Positions 54,817 to 64,000 of a DNA stretch of 64,000 nucleotides are shown here, piece after piece (within the stretch, counting starts at the first letter, position 1; the number at the start of each line of letters is the position of its first letter). This DNA comes from an uncultured Planctomycetaceae bacterium (GTDB lineage Bacteria > Planctomycetota > Planctomycetia > Planctomycetales > Planctomycetaceae). The stretch spans positions 224,001 to 288,000 of the forward strand of contig CAWFAK010000008.1 in NCBI GenBank assembly GCA_963813715.1. The letters are read 5' to 3'. The translations under genes were made by a program, and so were the position numbers. Below the pieces are notes generated by a model. The model saw only the letters and a list, made by a program, of their open reading frames with translations, was not told where the DNA came from and did no database searches.

Positions 54817-56120
54817 ATGATCGCAGAGACACCGACCGACGTTGGCAGCTACTTCATCGCCAATTACCCGCCGTTTTCGCTCTGGGAGCCAAGTCACGTC
54901 CCCGAAATTCGCCGAGCGCTGACGAGCGAGCCCGACCGCTCGGTCACGATGGGACTGTACATTCACATCCCATTCTGCCGGAAGCGCTGCAAGTTCTGTT
55001 ACTTCCGCGTCTACACCAACCAGAACGCGCAGGCAATCGAGAATTACGTCCAAGCGCTCGAGCACGAGTTTGAGCTCCTGAGCCAGCAGCCGGGAGTGCA
55101 GGGCGCACGCTGCGGTTTGCCTACTTCGGCGGCGGCACGCCCTCCTACCTCAGCTCCAAGCAACTCCGCTCGCTGCACGACCGCTTGAGCGAATATCTCT
55201 CCTGGGAGACGGCCGAGGAAGTCACCTTCGAGTGCGAGCCCGGCACGCTCAGCCTGGAGAAGGTGAAGACGCTCAAAGACATCGGCGTGACTCGCGTGTC
55301 GTTGGGCGTCGAGAACTTCAACGACGAAATTCTGGAAACCAACGGCCGCGCCCACCTGTCGCCCGAGATCTTCCGCGCGTACGACTGGCTGCAGCAGGTC
55401 GGCTTCCCGCAGATCAACGTCGACCTGATTTCCGGCATGATCGGCGAATCGGACGACAACTGGGCCGACTGCATCGAGAAGGTCAAACAGCTCGAGCCGG
55501 ACAACATCACCATCTATCAGATGGAGCTGCCGCACAACACGCTCATCTCGCGCGAGATCAAGGAGCTGGGCGTCACCTCGCCGATCGCCGGTTGGGCGAT
55601 CAAGCGCCGCTGGGTCAGCGAGGCGATGGATGCTCTGTTGGCCGCGGGCTACAACATTTCGAGCGGCAACGAGCTAGTGCGGAACCTCGACACGGACCAC
55701 TTCGTCTATCGCGACCACTTGTTCCGCGGCAGCGACATTCTGGCCACGGGCGTGTCCTCGTTCGGGCATTTCCAGGGCGTGCACTACCAGAACTACGACC
55801 AGCTCGAGCAGTACATCCAGACCGTGGCCGCCAACGAACTGCCGATTCACCGCGCGCTGGTGCCGACGAAGCACCAGGAGCTGGTTCGCGAGGTGGTGCT
55901 GCAGCTCAAGGAGGGGCGGATTTCGGCCCGGCCATTCCGGGCGAAATTCGGCGTCGACATTTTGAAGGAGTTCGCCGCTCCGCTGCGCAACCAGGAAGCC
56001 GCCGGTTATTTGTCGGTCGAAGGGGACGACGTCCGGCTGACGCGTCGCGGCCTGCTGCAGGTCGACACGCTGTTGCCGGAGTATTTTGAAGAGGAGCATC
56101 GCGCGATCCGCTACACCTAA
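54817..56120 (+). CDS. HemN-like radical SAM enzyme, frameshift near 55110
   Basis: [44 protein letters not shown]. Confidence 0.9.
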
Positions 56121-56204
56121 CCGGGAGCGAGCGACCGTGACGGCGCCCGCCGGCCGCGTCCTCGCCCCGCCGACCTTGTCCGCCCCCCTCCACTGCAGGA
56201 AACC

Positions 56205-56741
56205 GTGAACCCGCACGTCGAGCTTCAATCGCTGTTGGATGTCTTTCCGGAACCGGAGCCGATGCTCACGGACGCCGAGCATGTCGCCTCCGAAATGCTG
56301 CCCGAACCGTACCGGCGGATGCTCGCGCACAACCATCACATGACCGTCACGATGGAGTCGTACCACAACTGCCGGGTCGACGTGCGAATTCTGGATCGGA
56401 AGTTGGACGGCGACTTCTACAGCCGCAAGATCGTGCTGCTCAAATCGGGGACCGACCGCGTCGTCCAGTTCGGCATCGTGCGGTTCGACTTGAGCTACGT
56501 GACGCCAGTCGTGCGGGAGGAAATCCTCGCCGGGCAGAAGCCGCTCGGGCGTGTGCTCATCGATCACAACGTGCTGCGTCACATCGACCTGGGGGCCGTG
56601 TTGCGCCTGGAGGCCGGACCGGCGCTCGCCCGATATCTGCAAATGCCCGTCGGAGGCACGACCTACGGCCGGCTCGCCACGATCTTTTGCAACCGCCACG
56701 CCGCCGTCGACCTGCTGGAAGTGACGGCTCCTCTGACCTGA
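56205..56741 (+). CDS. Chorismate lyase-like (UbiC/DUF98 fold) protein
   Basis: LAH..HMT.TME, R.IVL, I..G..PLGRVL pattern; assigned by eye. Confidence 0.6.
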   Translation: MNPHVELQSLLDVFPEPEPMLTDAEHVASEMLPEPYRRMLAHNHHMTVTMESYHNCRVDVRILDRKLDGDFYSRKIVLLKSGTDRVVQFGIVRFDLSYVTPVVREEILAGQKPLGRVLIDHNVLRHIDLGAVLRLEAGPALARYLQMPVGGTTYGRLATIFCNRHAAVDLLEVTAPLT

Positions 56742-56773
56742 CGAAACGCCCGCATTCCGATATCCCAAGCCGC

Positions 56774-57247
56774 ATGGACTCCGACAAAAAACCACGCTTC
56801 GTGACGAACCGCCGGGTCGAATTCGTCGACACGGACATGGCGGGGATCGTCCATTTCACGAATTTCTTCCGCTACATGGAGCAGGCGGAGGCCGAGTTCT
56901 TCCGCAGCTACGGGAAGGTGTTGGCGGAGCGGCCCGACACTAGCGGCACCGCCGAGGGTTGGCCGCGGGTCTCCACGTCGTGTTCGTTCAAGTCGCCGGC
57001 GTTTCACAACGACGTATTGGAAATCCGCATCTACATTCGCCGCCGCGGATTCAAATCGCTGACGTTGGCTTACGAGTTCTTTCGCGGCGCGACGCTGATC
57101 GCCGTCGGCCAGATCAAGACGGCCTACTGTCGCTTCACCGTGGGCAAGCCGATCGAATCGCTGGAAATCCCCCACGAATTCGACGAGATGCTGGGGCCGT
57201 ACGACGCGACCCAGCAACAGCCGGTCCCCAGCGACGCCGATCCATAA
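56774..57247 (+). CDS. 4HBT/YbgC-type acyl-CoA thioesterase
   Basis: RRVEFVDTDMAGIVHFTNFFRYME.AE, WPRV...C.F.SP. Confidence 0.9.
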   Translation: MDSDKKPRFVTNRRVEFVDTDMAGIVHFTNFFRYMEQAEAEFFRSYGKVLAERPDTSGTAEGWPRVSTSCSFKSPAFHNDVLEIRIYIRRRGFKSLTLAYEFFRGATLIAVGQIKTAYCRFTVGKPIESLEIPHEFDEMLGPYDATQQQPVPSDADP

Positions 57248-57337
57248 AGTCGGCGGGGCGGATTTGGTACAACTACGCCAGGCGCGCATTGGGTCGTGCG
57301 GCCGAACGCTGTCCGGCGTCTACCGAGAGTCATCATC

Positions 57338-58025
57338 ATGCAGCAGGAGGGGGGCGATCTCGCGATCGCCGGTCTCACCAAGGAATTCGTTTCGGAAGCG
57401 GGCCGTCTTTCGATTCTGAACGGCGTCGACCTGGCGCTGCGCCGCGGCGAGGCGCTCGCCGTGACCGGGCCGTCCGGCTCGGGCAAGAGCACGTTCTTGC
57501 ACATTTTGGGCGCGCTCGATCGGCCCACGGCGGGCAGCGTGCGGCTGTTGGGCGATGATCCCTTCGCTCGCAACGACGCCGAGTTGGCCGGCTTCCGCAA
57601 CGCCAAGATCGGCTTTATTTTCCAGGACCATCACCTGCTGCCGCAGTGTGACGTGCTGGAAAACGTGCTGATTCCCGGCGCTTGCCGGCAAAGGAGCCGG
57701 CATGCCCGAAACTCAGCGGGCAATGCAGTTACTCGATCGGGTGGGGCTGAAACAGCGGATTAAGCATCGGCCGGCGCAGCTCTCGGGCGGCGAGCGCCAG
57801 CGCGTTGCCGTCTGCCGGGCCCTGATTAATGAGCCCGTCCTCCTCCTGGCCGACGAGCCGACCGGTAACCTCGATCGCGCCAATGCCGAGGCTGTCGGCG
57901 ATTTGCTGCTCGAGTTGAACCGCGCGCATCAAACGCTGCTCGTCTGTGTCACGCACAGCGGCGAGCTGGCCGCGCGCTTTCCCCGGCGTGCCGAACTCGT
58001 CGACGGCCGGCTGGTCGACCGCTAA
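57338..58025 (+). CDS. ABC transporter ATP-binding protein (LolD/MacB-like), frameshift near 57680
   Basis: [43 protein letters not shown]. Confidence 0.92.
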
Positions 58026-58040
58026 CACACCGACAACACG

Positions 58041-61000
58041 ATGACCCAGTTCCGCCTGCTCGTCCGCAACTTGCTTTATCACGCCCGCACCAACGCGGCC
58101 GTGGTGCTGGGCGTCGTCGCGGCGACCGCCGTGATCACCGGGGCGCTGATCGTCGGCGATTCGGTGCGCGGCAGCCTGCGAGAAATGAGCCTCGAGCGGC
58201 TGCAGAAGATCGACCACGTGCTGATTACGCCGCGCTTCGTGCACGAAGACCTGTCAGGCGAACTGGCCGCCAGCCCCAAGTTCAAAGAGCGTTTCGAGAC
58301 GGCCGCTCCCGCTTTGATGTTGAGTGCCACGTTCGTCGCCGATCGCCAGGGAGTGTCCCGCCGCGCGAGCGGAGTGCAGATTCTCGGCGGCGACTCACGG
58401 CTGTGGCAGCTGATCAACCTCCATCCCGCCGACCTCACCGAAAAGGAGACGGTGATCAACGCCCGGCTGGCAGAGCGGCTCGGCGTGCACGCCGGCGACG
58501 ACGTCAGCATGTTCATCGAGATTCCGTCGGCCATTCCTCGCGAGTCGCTCCTGGGGAAGCGCGACGCGGACTCCCGGGAAGTTCAGCTCAAAATCAAGGC
58601 CGTGATTGCGGATGATGCCGGCGCGGCGCGGCTCACGCTCAACCCGACGCAGCAACTGCCGCTCAATGCGTTCGTCCCGCTGGCGACCCTGCAGCAAAGC
58701 GTCGAGCTGGCCCGCGTCGAACGCTCGCGCCGTAATCCCGAGGGAAGCCCGGCCCAGATCAATGCGATCTTCGTCTCGGCCAAGGCACCGGCCGATCAGA
58801 CAGGCGCCACCGCGCCCGAGGCGGCCCGTGCGCTCAGTGACGAATTGGCCGCACTCCTGGTGCCGGCCGACCTTGGCTTGCGACTCGCGCTCGATACGGC
58901 CCACGGCTACGTCTCCGTCGAATCGCAGCAGCAGATTCTCGACAGCGCCGTCGCCACCGCCGCCACAGAGAGCGCGAAGAAGCTCGGCCTCATCGTTTCG
59001 CCCGTGCTCGACTATCTCGCCAACGAGTTGACGAACGCAAAGGATCCGAAAACGTTCTCGATGTATTCGGTCGTCGCCGGCCTCGACCCGGTGGCGACGA
59101 CGAGCCCGCCGTTCGGCCCCTTCGTGTGGGCGTCGCCCGCGCCGACGCATCCGCTGGCCGCCGACGAGATCGTACTCAACGACTGGATCGCCCAGGATCT
59201 GAACGCCAAGCCGAACGACGAAGTCCACCTGCGGTATCACCTCATCGGCTCGCACGGCGAATTACCCGAAGTGGAGAAGACGTTCCGCGTGGCGGGCATC
59301 CTGAAGCTGACCGGTCCCGCGTCCGACCCCGGCCTGGTCCCGGTGGTGAAAGGCATCACCGACGCCAAGACCATCAACGATTGGAAGCAGCCCTTCCCGA
59401 TGCACCTCGATCGCGTCACGCATCGCGACGACGAGTATTGGGACGAGCATCGGGCGACTCCCAAGTCGTTCGTCGCGCTCGACACGGCCCAAAAGCTCTG
59501 GGGCAACCGCTTCGGTTCACTGACCTCCGTCCGCGTCGCGCCGAAAGCCGGCCAGTCGCTGGAGCAGACGGCGACCGACATGCGACGGGAAATGTTGGCC
59601 GCGCTCAAACCGGAGCAAACGCACTTGCAGTTTCAGCCGGTGAAATACACGGGTGTCGTGGCGGCGGCCGGCTCGAACGACTTCAGCGAGCTGTTTCTCG
59701 GTTTCAGCTTCTTTCTGATCCTGGCCGCGACCTTTTTGATCGGGCTCATCTTTCGCCTGGGAATCGAGCGCCGCGGCACCTCGATCGGCCTGCTGGCCGC
59801 GGTCGGCTTTACGCCCCGCCGCCTGCGCTGGCTGTTCCTGGAAGAGGGACTGGTCCTAGTGGCGATCGGCGGGTTGTTGGGGACGGCGCTGGCCGTCGGC
59901 TTTGCGGAGGTGATGGTCTACGGCCTGACCCACTGGTGGAACCAGGCGGTCGGCACGCAGGCGCTGGCGGTCTATATCGTCCCGACGACGCTGGCCACGG
60001 GATTCGTCGCGTCAGTGATTGTCACGGCGCTCGCCGTCCTCTGGGGCTTGCGTCAGCTCAGAGCGCTCAGCCCGCGGGAGCTGTTGGCCGGCGCGACGGA
60101 GCCGGCCGTTTCTTCCGCCACACAGCGCCGCCGCAGTCGCCGCTCGCTGGCGATCGGGACGAGCCTGTTGATCTTTGCGGGCCTCTTATTGATCGGCGTG
60201 ATGACGGGCCGCCTGCAGGGCGAAGCCTTCGAGGGACTCAGCTGGGGAGTCGTGCTGTTCTTTCTTGACGGCATGATCGTCCTGGTTGGCGGCGTGATGC
60301 TGATCGCCGGATTGCTCGACGGCGAACATTCGGCCGCCGTGCGCGGCCGTGGCATGGGTGGCCTGGCGCGGCTCGGCGTCCGCAACACGGCCCGGCAACG
60401 GCAACGAAGCACGGCGTCCGTCGCGCTGATCGCCGCCGCTACCTTCGTGATCGTGGCGGTGGCCGCGGGCCGCCGCAATCCGGCCGTCGAGCAGCCCGAC
60501 AAGAATTCGGGCAACGGCGGTTTCCGCCTGGTCGCCGAGAGCACCGAGCCGATTTTGCCCGACCTCAACACGCCGGCCGGCCGCGACACGTTGGGCATGA
60601 AAATCAAGCCGGTCTCGCCCGACGATACCCTGATCAAAGAGGCACGTTTCTTTGCCTTCCGCGTCAAGCCGGGCGAAAACGCCAGCTGTCTCAATATCTA
60701 TCAGACGCGGCTCCCGACCGTGCTGGGTGTGTCGCCGTCGTTTATCGAGCGGGGAGGCTTCCGTTTCATCGGCGCGAGCGAAGTCAATCCCTGGACGCTG
60801 CTCGACAAGACCGATCCCGATGGCACGATTCCCGTCATCGGCGACGCCAACACACTTCAATACAGCCTGCACAAAGAAGTGGGCAGCACGATTGCCATTC
60901 CGGACGACGAACATCCGCAGCACACGCTCAAGATCGTCGGCATGCTCGACGGGAGTTTGTTTCAGGGCGTGCTGTTGATGTCGGAAGACAATTTCAAGAA

Positions 61001-61547
61001 GGCCTACCCCACGGTGGAAGGGTATCGCTATTTCCTGGTTGAGTCCCCCGGATCGGCCGCGCAGGCCGACCATCTCTCCGACGTGCTCGAGACGCAGCTC
61101 ACCCCGTTCGGGTTTGATGCGGAACGGGTCTCCGATCGCCTGGCGAACTTCCTCGCGGTGCAGAATACGTACTTGTCGACGTTCCAGACGTTGGGCGGCC
61201 TGGGGCTGTTGCTGGGGACGCTGGGGCTGGCCACCGTGATGGTGCGAAACGTGCTCGAGCGTCGCCCGGAGCTGGCTTTGCTCAATGCGCTCGGCCTGCG
61301 ACCGTCGGGACTGGCGTGGTTGGTGCTTGTGGAGACGGCCGTGCTGTTGGTCTGCGGCCTGGCCATCGGGTCGATCGCGGCTCTCGTTGCCATGCTGCCA
61401 CACCTGGCCAGTACGGGTGCGGATGTTCCCTGGGGCTCGCTGGCGCTGATCCTGGCGATCGTCTTTTTCGTGGGGATGTTGGCGGCCCTCTTGGCCTCGA
61501 TCGAAGCGGCCCGCACCCGCATTGTGGAGGCGCTGCGGTCGGAATGA
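58041..61547 (+). CDS. Large FtsX/MacB-type ABC permease (duplicated architecture)
   Basis: Two TM/periplasmic/TM modules; ERR..IGLL.AVGF and ERR.ELALL.ALG FtsX signatures. Confidence 0.9.
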   Translation: MTQFRLLVRNLLYHARTNAAVVLGVVAATAVITGALIVGDSVRGSLREMSLERLQKIDHVLITPRFVHEDLSGELAASPKFKERFETAAPALMLSATFVADRQGVSRRASGVQILGGDSRLWQLINLHPADLTEKETVINARLAERLGVHAGDDVSMFIEIPSAIPRESLLGKRDADSREVQLKIKAVIADDAGAARLTLNPTQQLPLNAFVPLATLQQSVELARVERSRRNPEGSPAQINAIFVSAKAPADQTGATAPEAARALSDELAALLVPADLGLRLALDTAHGYVSVESQQQILDSAVATAATESAKKLGLIVSPVLDYLANELTNAKDPKTFSMYSVVAGLDPVATTSPPFGPFVWASPAPTHPLAADEIVLNDWIAQDLNAKPNDEVHLRYHLIGSHGELPEVEKTFRVAGILKLTGPASDPGLVPVVKGITDAKTINDWKQPFPMHLDRVTHRDDEYWDEHRATPKSFVALDTAQKLWGNRFGSLTSVRVAPKAGQSLEQTATDMRREMLAALKPEQTHLQFQPVKYTGVVAAAGSNDFSELFLGFSFFLILAATFLIGLIFRLGIERRGTSIGLLAAVGFTPRRLRWLFLEEGLVLVAIGGLLGTALAVGFAEVMVYGLTHWWNQAVGTQALAVYIVPTTLATGFVASVIVTALAVLWGLRQLRALSPRELLAGATEPAVSSATQRRRSRRSLAIGTSLLIFAGLLLIGVMTGRLQGEAFEGLSWGVVLFFLDGMIVLVGGVMLIAGLLDGEHSAAVRGRGMGGLARLGVRNTARQRQRSTASVALIAAATFVIVAVAAGRRNPAVEQPDKNSGNGGFRLVAESTEPILPDLNTPAGRDTLGMKIKPVSPDDTLIKEARFFAFRVKPGENASCLNIYQTRLPTVLGVSPSFIERGGFRFIGASEVNPWTLLDKTDPDGTIPVIGDANTLQYSLHKEVGSTIAIPDDEHPQHTLKIVGMLDGSLFQGVLLMSEDNFKKAYPTVEGYRYFLVESPGSAAQADHLSDVLETQLTPFGFDAERVSDRLANFLAVQNTYLSTFQTLGGLGLLLGTLGLATVMVRNVLERRPELALLNALGLRPSGLAWLVLVETAVLLVCGLAIGSIAALVAMLPHLASTGADVPWGSLALILAIVFFVGMLAALLASIEAARTRIVEALRSE

Positions 61548-61639
61548 GCGACGTCCGGCGGCCTAAATTGCAACCCTCTTTGCCAACTGACTAGAATTGA
61601 ACGCATTCGATTCGGGTCAATCTCACGGAGACGATTTCA

Positions 61640-62197
61640 ATGCAGAAGTTGCTGGTCGTGTTGTTGTTCGTGCTCGGCGCCGCGTTGTCGTGGGGCGTTT
61701 ATGTCCCCTTGGTGCACCGGGCGACCATGCAGCTTCAAAGTAATCTCCGCGCGTTTCTGTTCGTCGGCGTGGCCTATTTTCTTGTCGCCGTCGTGCTGCC
61801 GCTGGCGATGATTTTCGTGCTGAAGTGGGATCCGACGCAGAAGGCGGCGCCGAACTTCAACACGATCCCCGTGGTCTGGGGCCTCATCGCCGGTTTGGCG
61901 GGGGCCATCGGCGCGTTGTGCGTGATCTTCGCGGTGACGAATGCCGGCGCGGGCGGCGCGATCTACGTCGCACCGCTGGTGTTTGCCGGCGCTCCGATCG
62001 TCAACACCTTTGCCACGCTCTACTACTTCGCGCCGGCGAAGACAGCCCCGGACTGGCGATTTCTCACCGGCATCGCGCTGGCGGCCGTCGGCGCAGGCAT
62101 GGTGATGATCTTCAAGCCGGCGGACACGGCCCACGCCGCTCCCAGCCCATCGACCGCCGCGGTGGCGCCGGCCGAAGCCGGAGCGGCCGCTCACTAA
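61640..62197 (+). CDS. Five-TM membrane protein (DMT/EamA-like half)
   Basis: Five hydrophobic helices; SWGVY.P, AGAIGAL, V.PLVF.GAP.VN. Confidence 0.75.
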   Translation: MQKLLVVLLFVLGAALSWGVYVPLVHRATMQLQSNLRAFLFVGVAYFLVAVVLPLAMIFVLKWDPTQKAAPNFNTIPVVWGLIAGLAGAIGALCVIFAVTNAGAGGAIYVAPLVFAGAPIVNTFATLYYFAPAKTAPDWRFLTGIALAAVGAGMVMIFKPADTAHAAPSPSTAAVAPAEAGAAAH

Positions 62198-62222
62198 AAC
62201 GTCGCGATTTTCGCCCGGCCGT

Positions 62223-63197
62223 TCAGGGCGGCGTCTGCCATTCGATCTTGGCCGTCTTGTGGGCCTGTAAGGCGAACTGTTCCCACAGGTTCCGCGACAT
62301 GCGGGCGATCACGCTAGCGCGGACATCCTCGAGATTCAAATTGCCGGGCCGCACCTTCGTCACCGTATAAAGGTGCAAGCCGAACTTCGTGCGGAACGGG
62401 GCGCTCACCTCGCCCGGTTTGAGCCGAAAGACGACTTTGCAGATCTCCGGCGGCATCTTGCCGCGGAAGGCGAACCAGCCCACGTCGCCCCCGTCGGCCG
62501 CGCTCGGCGCTTGTGATTCGCGTCGGGCCGCGTCGGCAAAGCCGATTTTCCCCGCCACGATTTCCGCACGAATGCGTGCGAATTTCTCGTGGGCGGCTTG
62601 CACTGCGGTCGCGTCGGCGTTCGCGGGCAGTTTCAAGAAGATCTGGCTCGCGCGGACCTCGCTGCCGTCGAATTCGCTTTTATGACGTTCGAACTCGTCG
62701 CGAATCGTCTGTTGCGTGAGCACGCGGCCGAGGTGCACCTGCCAGGCCATCGGCAGCGACAGCTCGCGGCGTAACAGCGAATCGAGCAAGCGAGAATTTG
62801 ACACGAGCTTGTCCGGGTCGCGATTCTCTCGCTTGAGTTGTTCCTTCGCGGCTTTGACGGCGGCTGCCAGCCGTTGCGGATCGACCTCGGCCCGCCGATC
62901 GGCCAGGAACTGCCGCAACAGCTCATTCTCGATCAGTTGCTCGAGATCGGCCTTCCGCGACTCGGCCGTTCCCTCAGAGGGCAGCCGATGCAGGAACCGA
63001 TAGATCGCCAGCTGGTTCTCTGTGATCGGCTTGCCGTTGACGGTCACGAGCACGGCCGACGGATCGCGCCGGGCGCGCTCGAGGCGGGAGGCGCCGCGCA
63101 AGCCGGCGCTGCCAGAATGACCCACGCGCAGAGCGGCAAAGACCATCGGGTCAAGAGGCTCAGTGAGATCCGAGATTGCGACTGCATTCGTGGACAC
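62223..63197 (-). CDS. PpiC/SurA-type peptidyl-prolyl isomerase
   Basis: VTVNG.PIT, VRASQI, FADAA...S..PS...GGDVGW, GEVS.PF.T.FG.H. Confidence 0.88.
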   Translation of the reverse strand: MSTNAVAISDLTEPLDPMVFAALRVGHSGSAGLRGASRLERARRDPSAVLVTVNGKPITENQLAIYRFLHRLPSEGTAESRKADLEQLIENELLRQFLADRRAEVDPQRLAAAVKAAKEQLKRENRDPDKLVSNSRLLDSLLRRELSLPMAWQVHLGRVLTQQTIRDEFERHKSEFDGSEVRASQIFLKLPANADATAVQAAHEKFARIRAEIVAGKIGFADAARRESQAPSAADGGDVGWFAFRGKMPPEICKVVFRLKPGEVSAPFRTKFGLHLYTVTKVRPGNLNLEDVRASVIARMSRNLWEQFALQAHKTAKIEWQTPP

Positions 63198-63217
63198 GTT
63201 CCTTCTTGCGTCCGCGG

Positions 63218-63634
63218 CTAGCGCGTCAAGTTGGTGGCGCGGACGACGGGCATGTATTGCTCGTGCGACCAGGCTTGGGCCGCGTGCAGCTTCAACATCA
63301 AGCGGGCGGAGGCAATCCGCACGTGCTGATCCATCCGCCGCTCGAGCTGGACGGTCGCCTTCCGCAGCGCCAATCGCGCGTGATGCAATTGCTTCTGCCG
63401 AGCGCGGAACGCCATCAGGGCGTAAAACAGCGTGCCGATCAGGCCGGCAAACAGTGCGCCGCGTTCCAGCATCGGCGAGCAGACGTGTGCGGCCGTCGTG
63501 CCCAGCAGGTATCCACTGAGGATCAAGATCGTGCTCCGCGCGGCCGCCGACGGTTGCGAGTGGGCCGCCCGGTGTGCTCCATGATGGTCGAAGGCCCGAT
63601 GATTGACGGCGTGGCTATTAAGTTGGCGGGACAT
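63218..63634 (-). CDS. Hypothetical two-TM protein
   Basis: ATG at 63634; two hydrophobic segments followed by a basic helical tail. Confidence 0.5.
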   Translation of the reverse strand: MSRQLNSHAVNHRAFDHHGAHRAAHSQPSAAARSTILILSGYLLGTTAAHVCSPMLERGALFAGLIGTLFYALMAFRARQKQLHHARLALRKATVQLERRMDQHVRIASARLMLKLHAAQAWSHEQYMPVVRATNLTR

Positions 63635-63714
63635 GCCCAGGGCTCCGCAAGCGGTCGGACAGTGAACGAAACGGCAACGGCAGGCAAAACGATCGGTTTT
63701 GCGACGGTACCGAG

Positions 63715-63734
63715 CCGGGGGCGTCAGCCCCCGG
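63715..63734. repeat. REP-like palindrome CCGGGGG-CGTCAG-CCCCCGG
   Basis: Perfect 7-bp GC stem in intergenic DNA. Confidence 0.45.
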
Positions 63735-64000
63735 AGATTCGTCGTAGTTGCACCGGCGCGAGACCGGCCGACAGTCACCCGGAAGCCTAGCGCACACTTG
63801 GCACGTTGTCAAAAGGCAACACGCCCTAAATCGCGACCCAACTTCCCCTTCGCGACGAACCTGCCATCGTAAGTCGCGCTTGGCGGTCAGACTGCGGGCG
63901 GCAGAATCGCTGTCGGCTGCACAACCGTTGCCCGCGCTGCGTTTGACGACGATACTTGCAAAAGAAACGTTCGCTCGTCGGTGATGTTTACTTGTACGGT

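Noticed and set aside
54817..56120. Naming the radical SAM gene hemN
   Set aside because: No heme-pathway context, and the HemN-like family is functionally diverse.
63799..63815. TTGGCACG as another sigma54 promoter
   Set aside because: No GC at the -12 position.

Overview
GC-rich bacterial chromosomal segment, very probably Planctomycetota. Supporting markers are a Planc_extracel-type 'LERLEERTLLS' protein, a GYF/J-like/FGE fusion, a DUF1080 hydrolase, a Ser/Thr kinase and a roughly 1,170-aa FtsX-type permease. About 45 CDSs are recognisable. They include housekeeping genes (folC, hisF, queD, dksA-like, htrA, cinA, lactate permease, PpiC), a degenerate CheY/CheR/hybrid-kinase operon, dispersed surface-polysaccharide genes (DegT, Wzx, two AsnB-type amidotransferases, two GT4s, a methyltransferase), a pilT-pilB-cvpA cluster, a serpin and a SLOG-SLATT fusion. 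A radical-SAM/chorismate-lyase-like/thioesterase/ABC-exporter gene run lies near the right end. Many genes are split by small indels, most likely long-read assembly errors. No rRNA, tRNA, CRISPR array, integrase or transposase was seen. The most striking unannotated feature is at about 41.67-42.08 kb. Divergent from a membrane-bound sigma54 activator lie three palindromic enhancer-like boxes, a perfect 10-bp inverted repeat and a correctly spaced -24/-12 promoter. They are followed by about 215 nt of strongly base-paired sequence with no credible ORF. This is a candidate sigma54-dependent structured ncRNA controlled by a one-component membrane sensor. All calls are by eye; no database searches were run.
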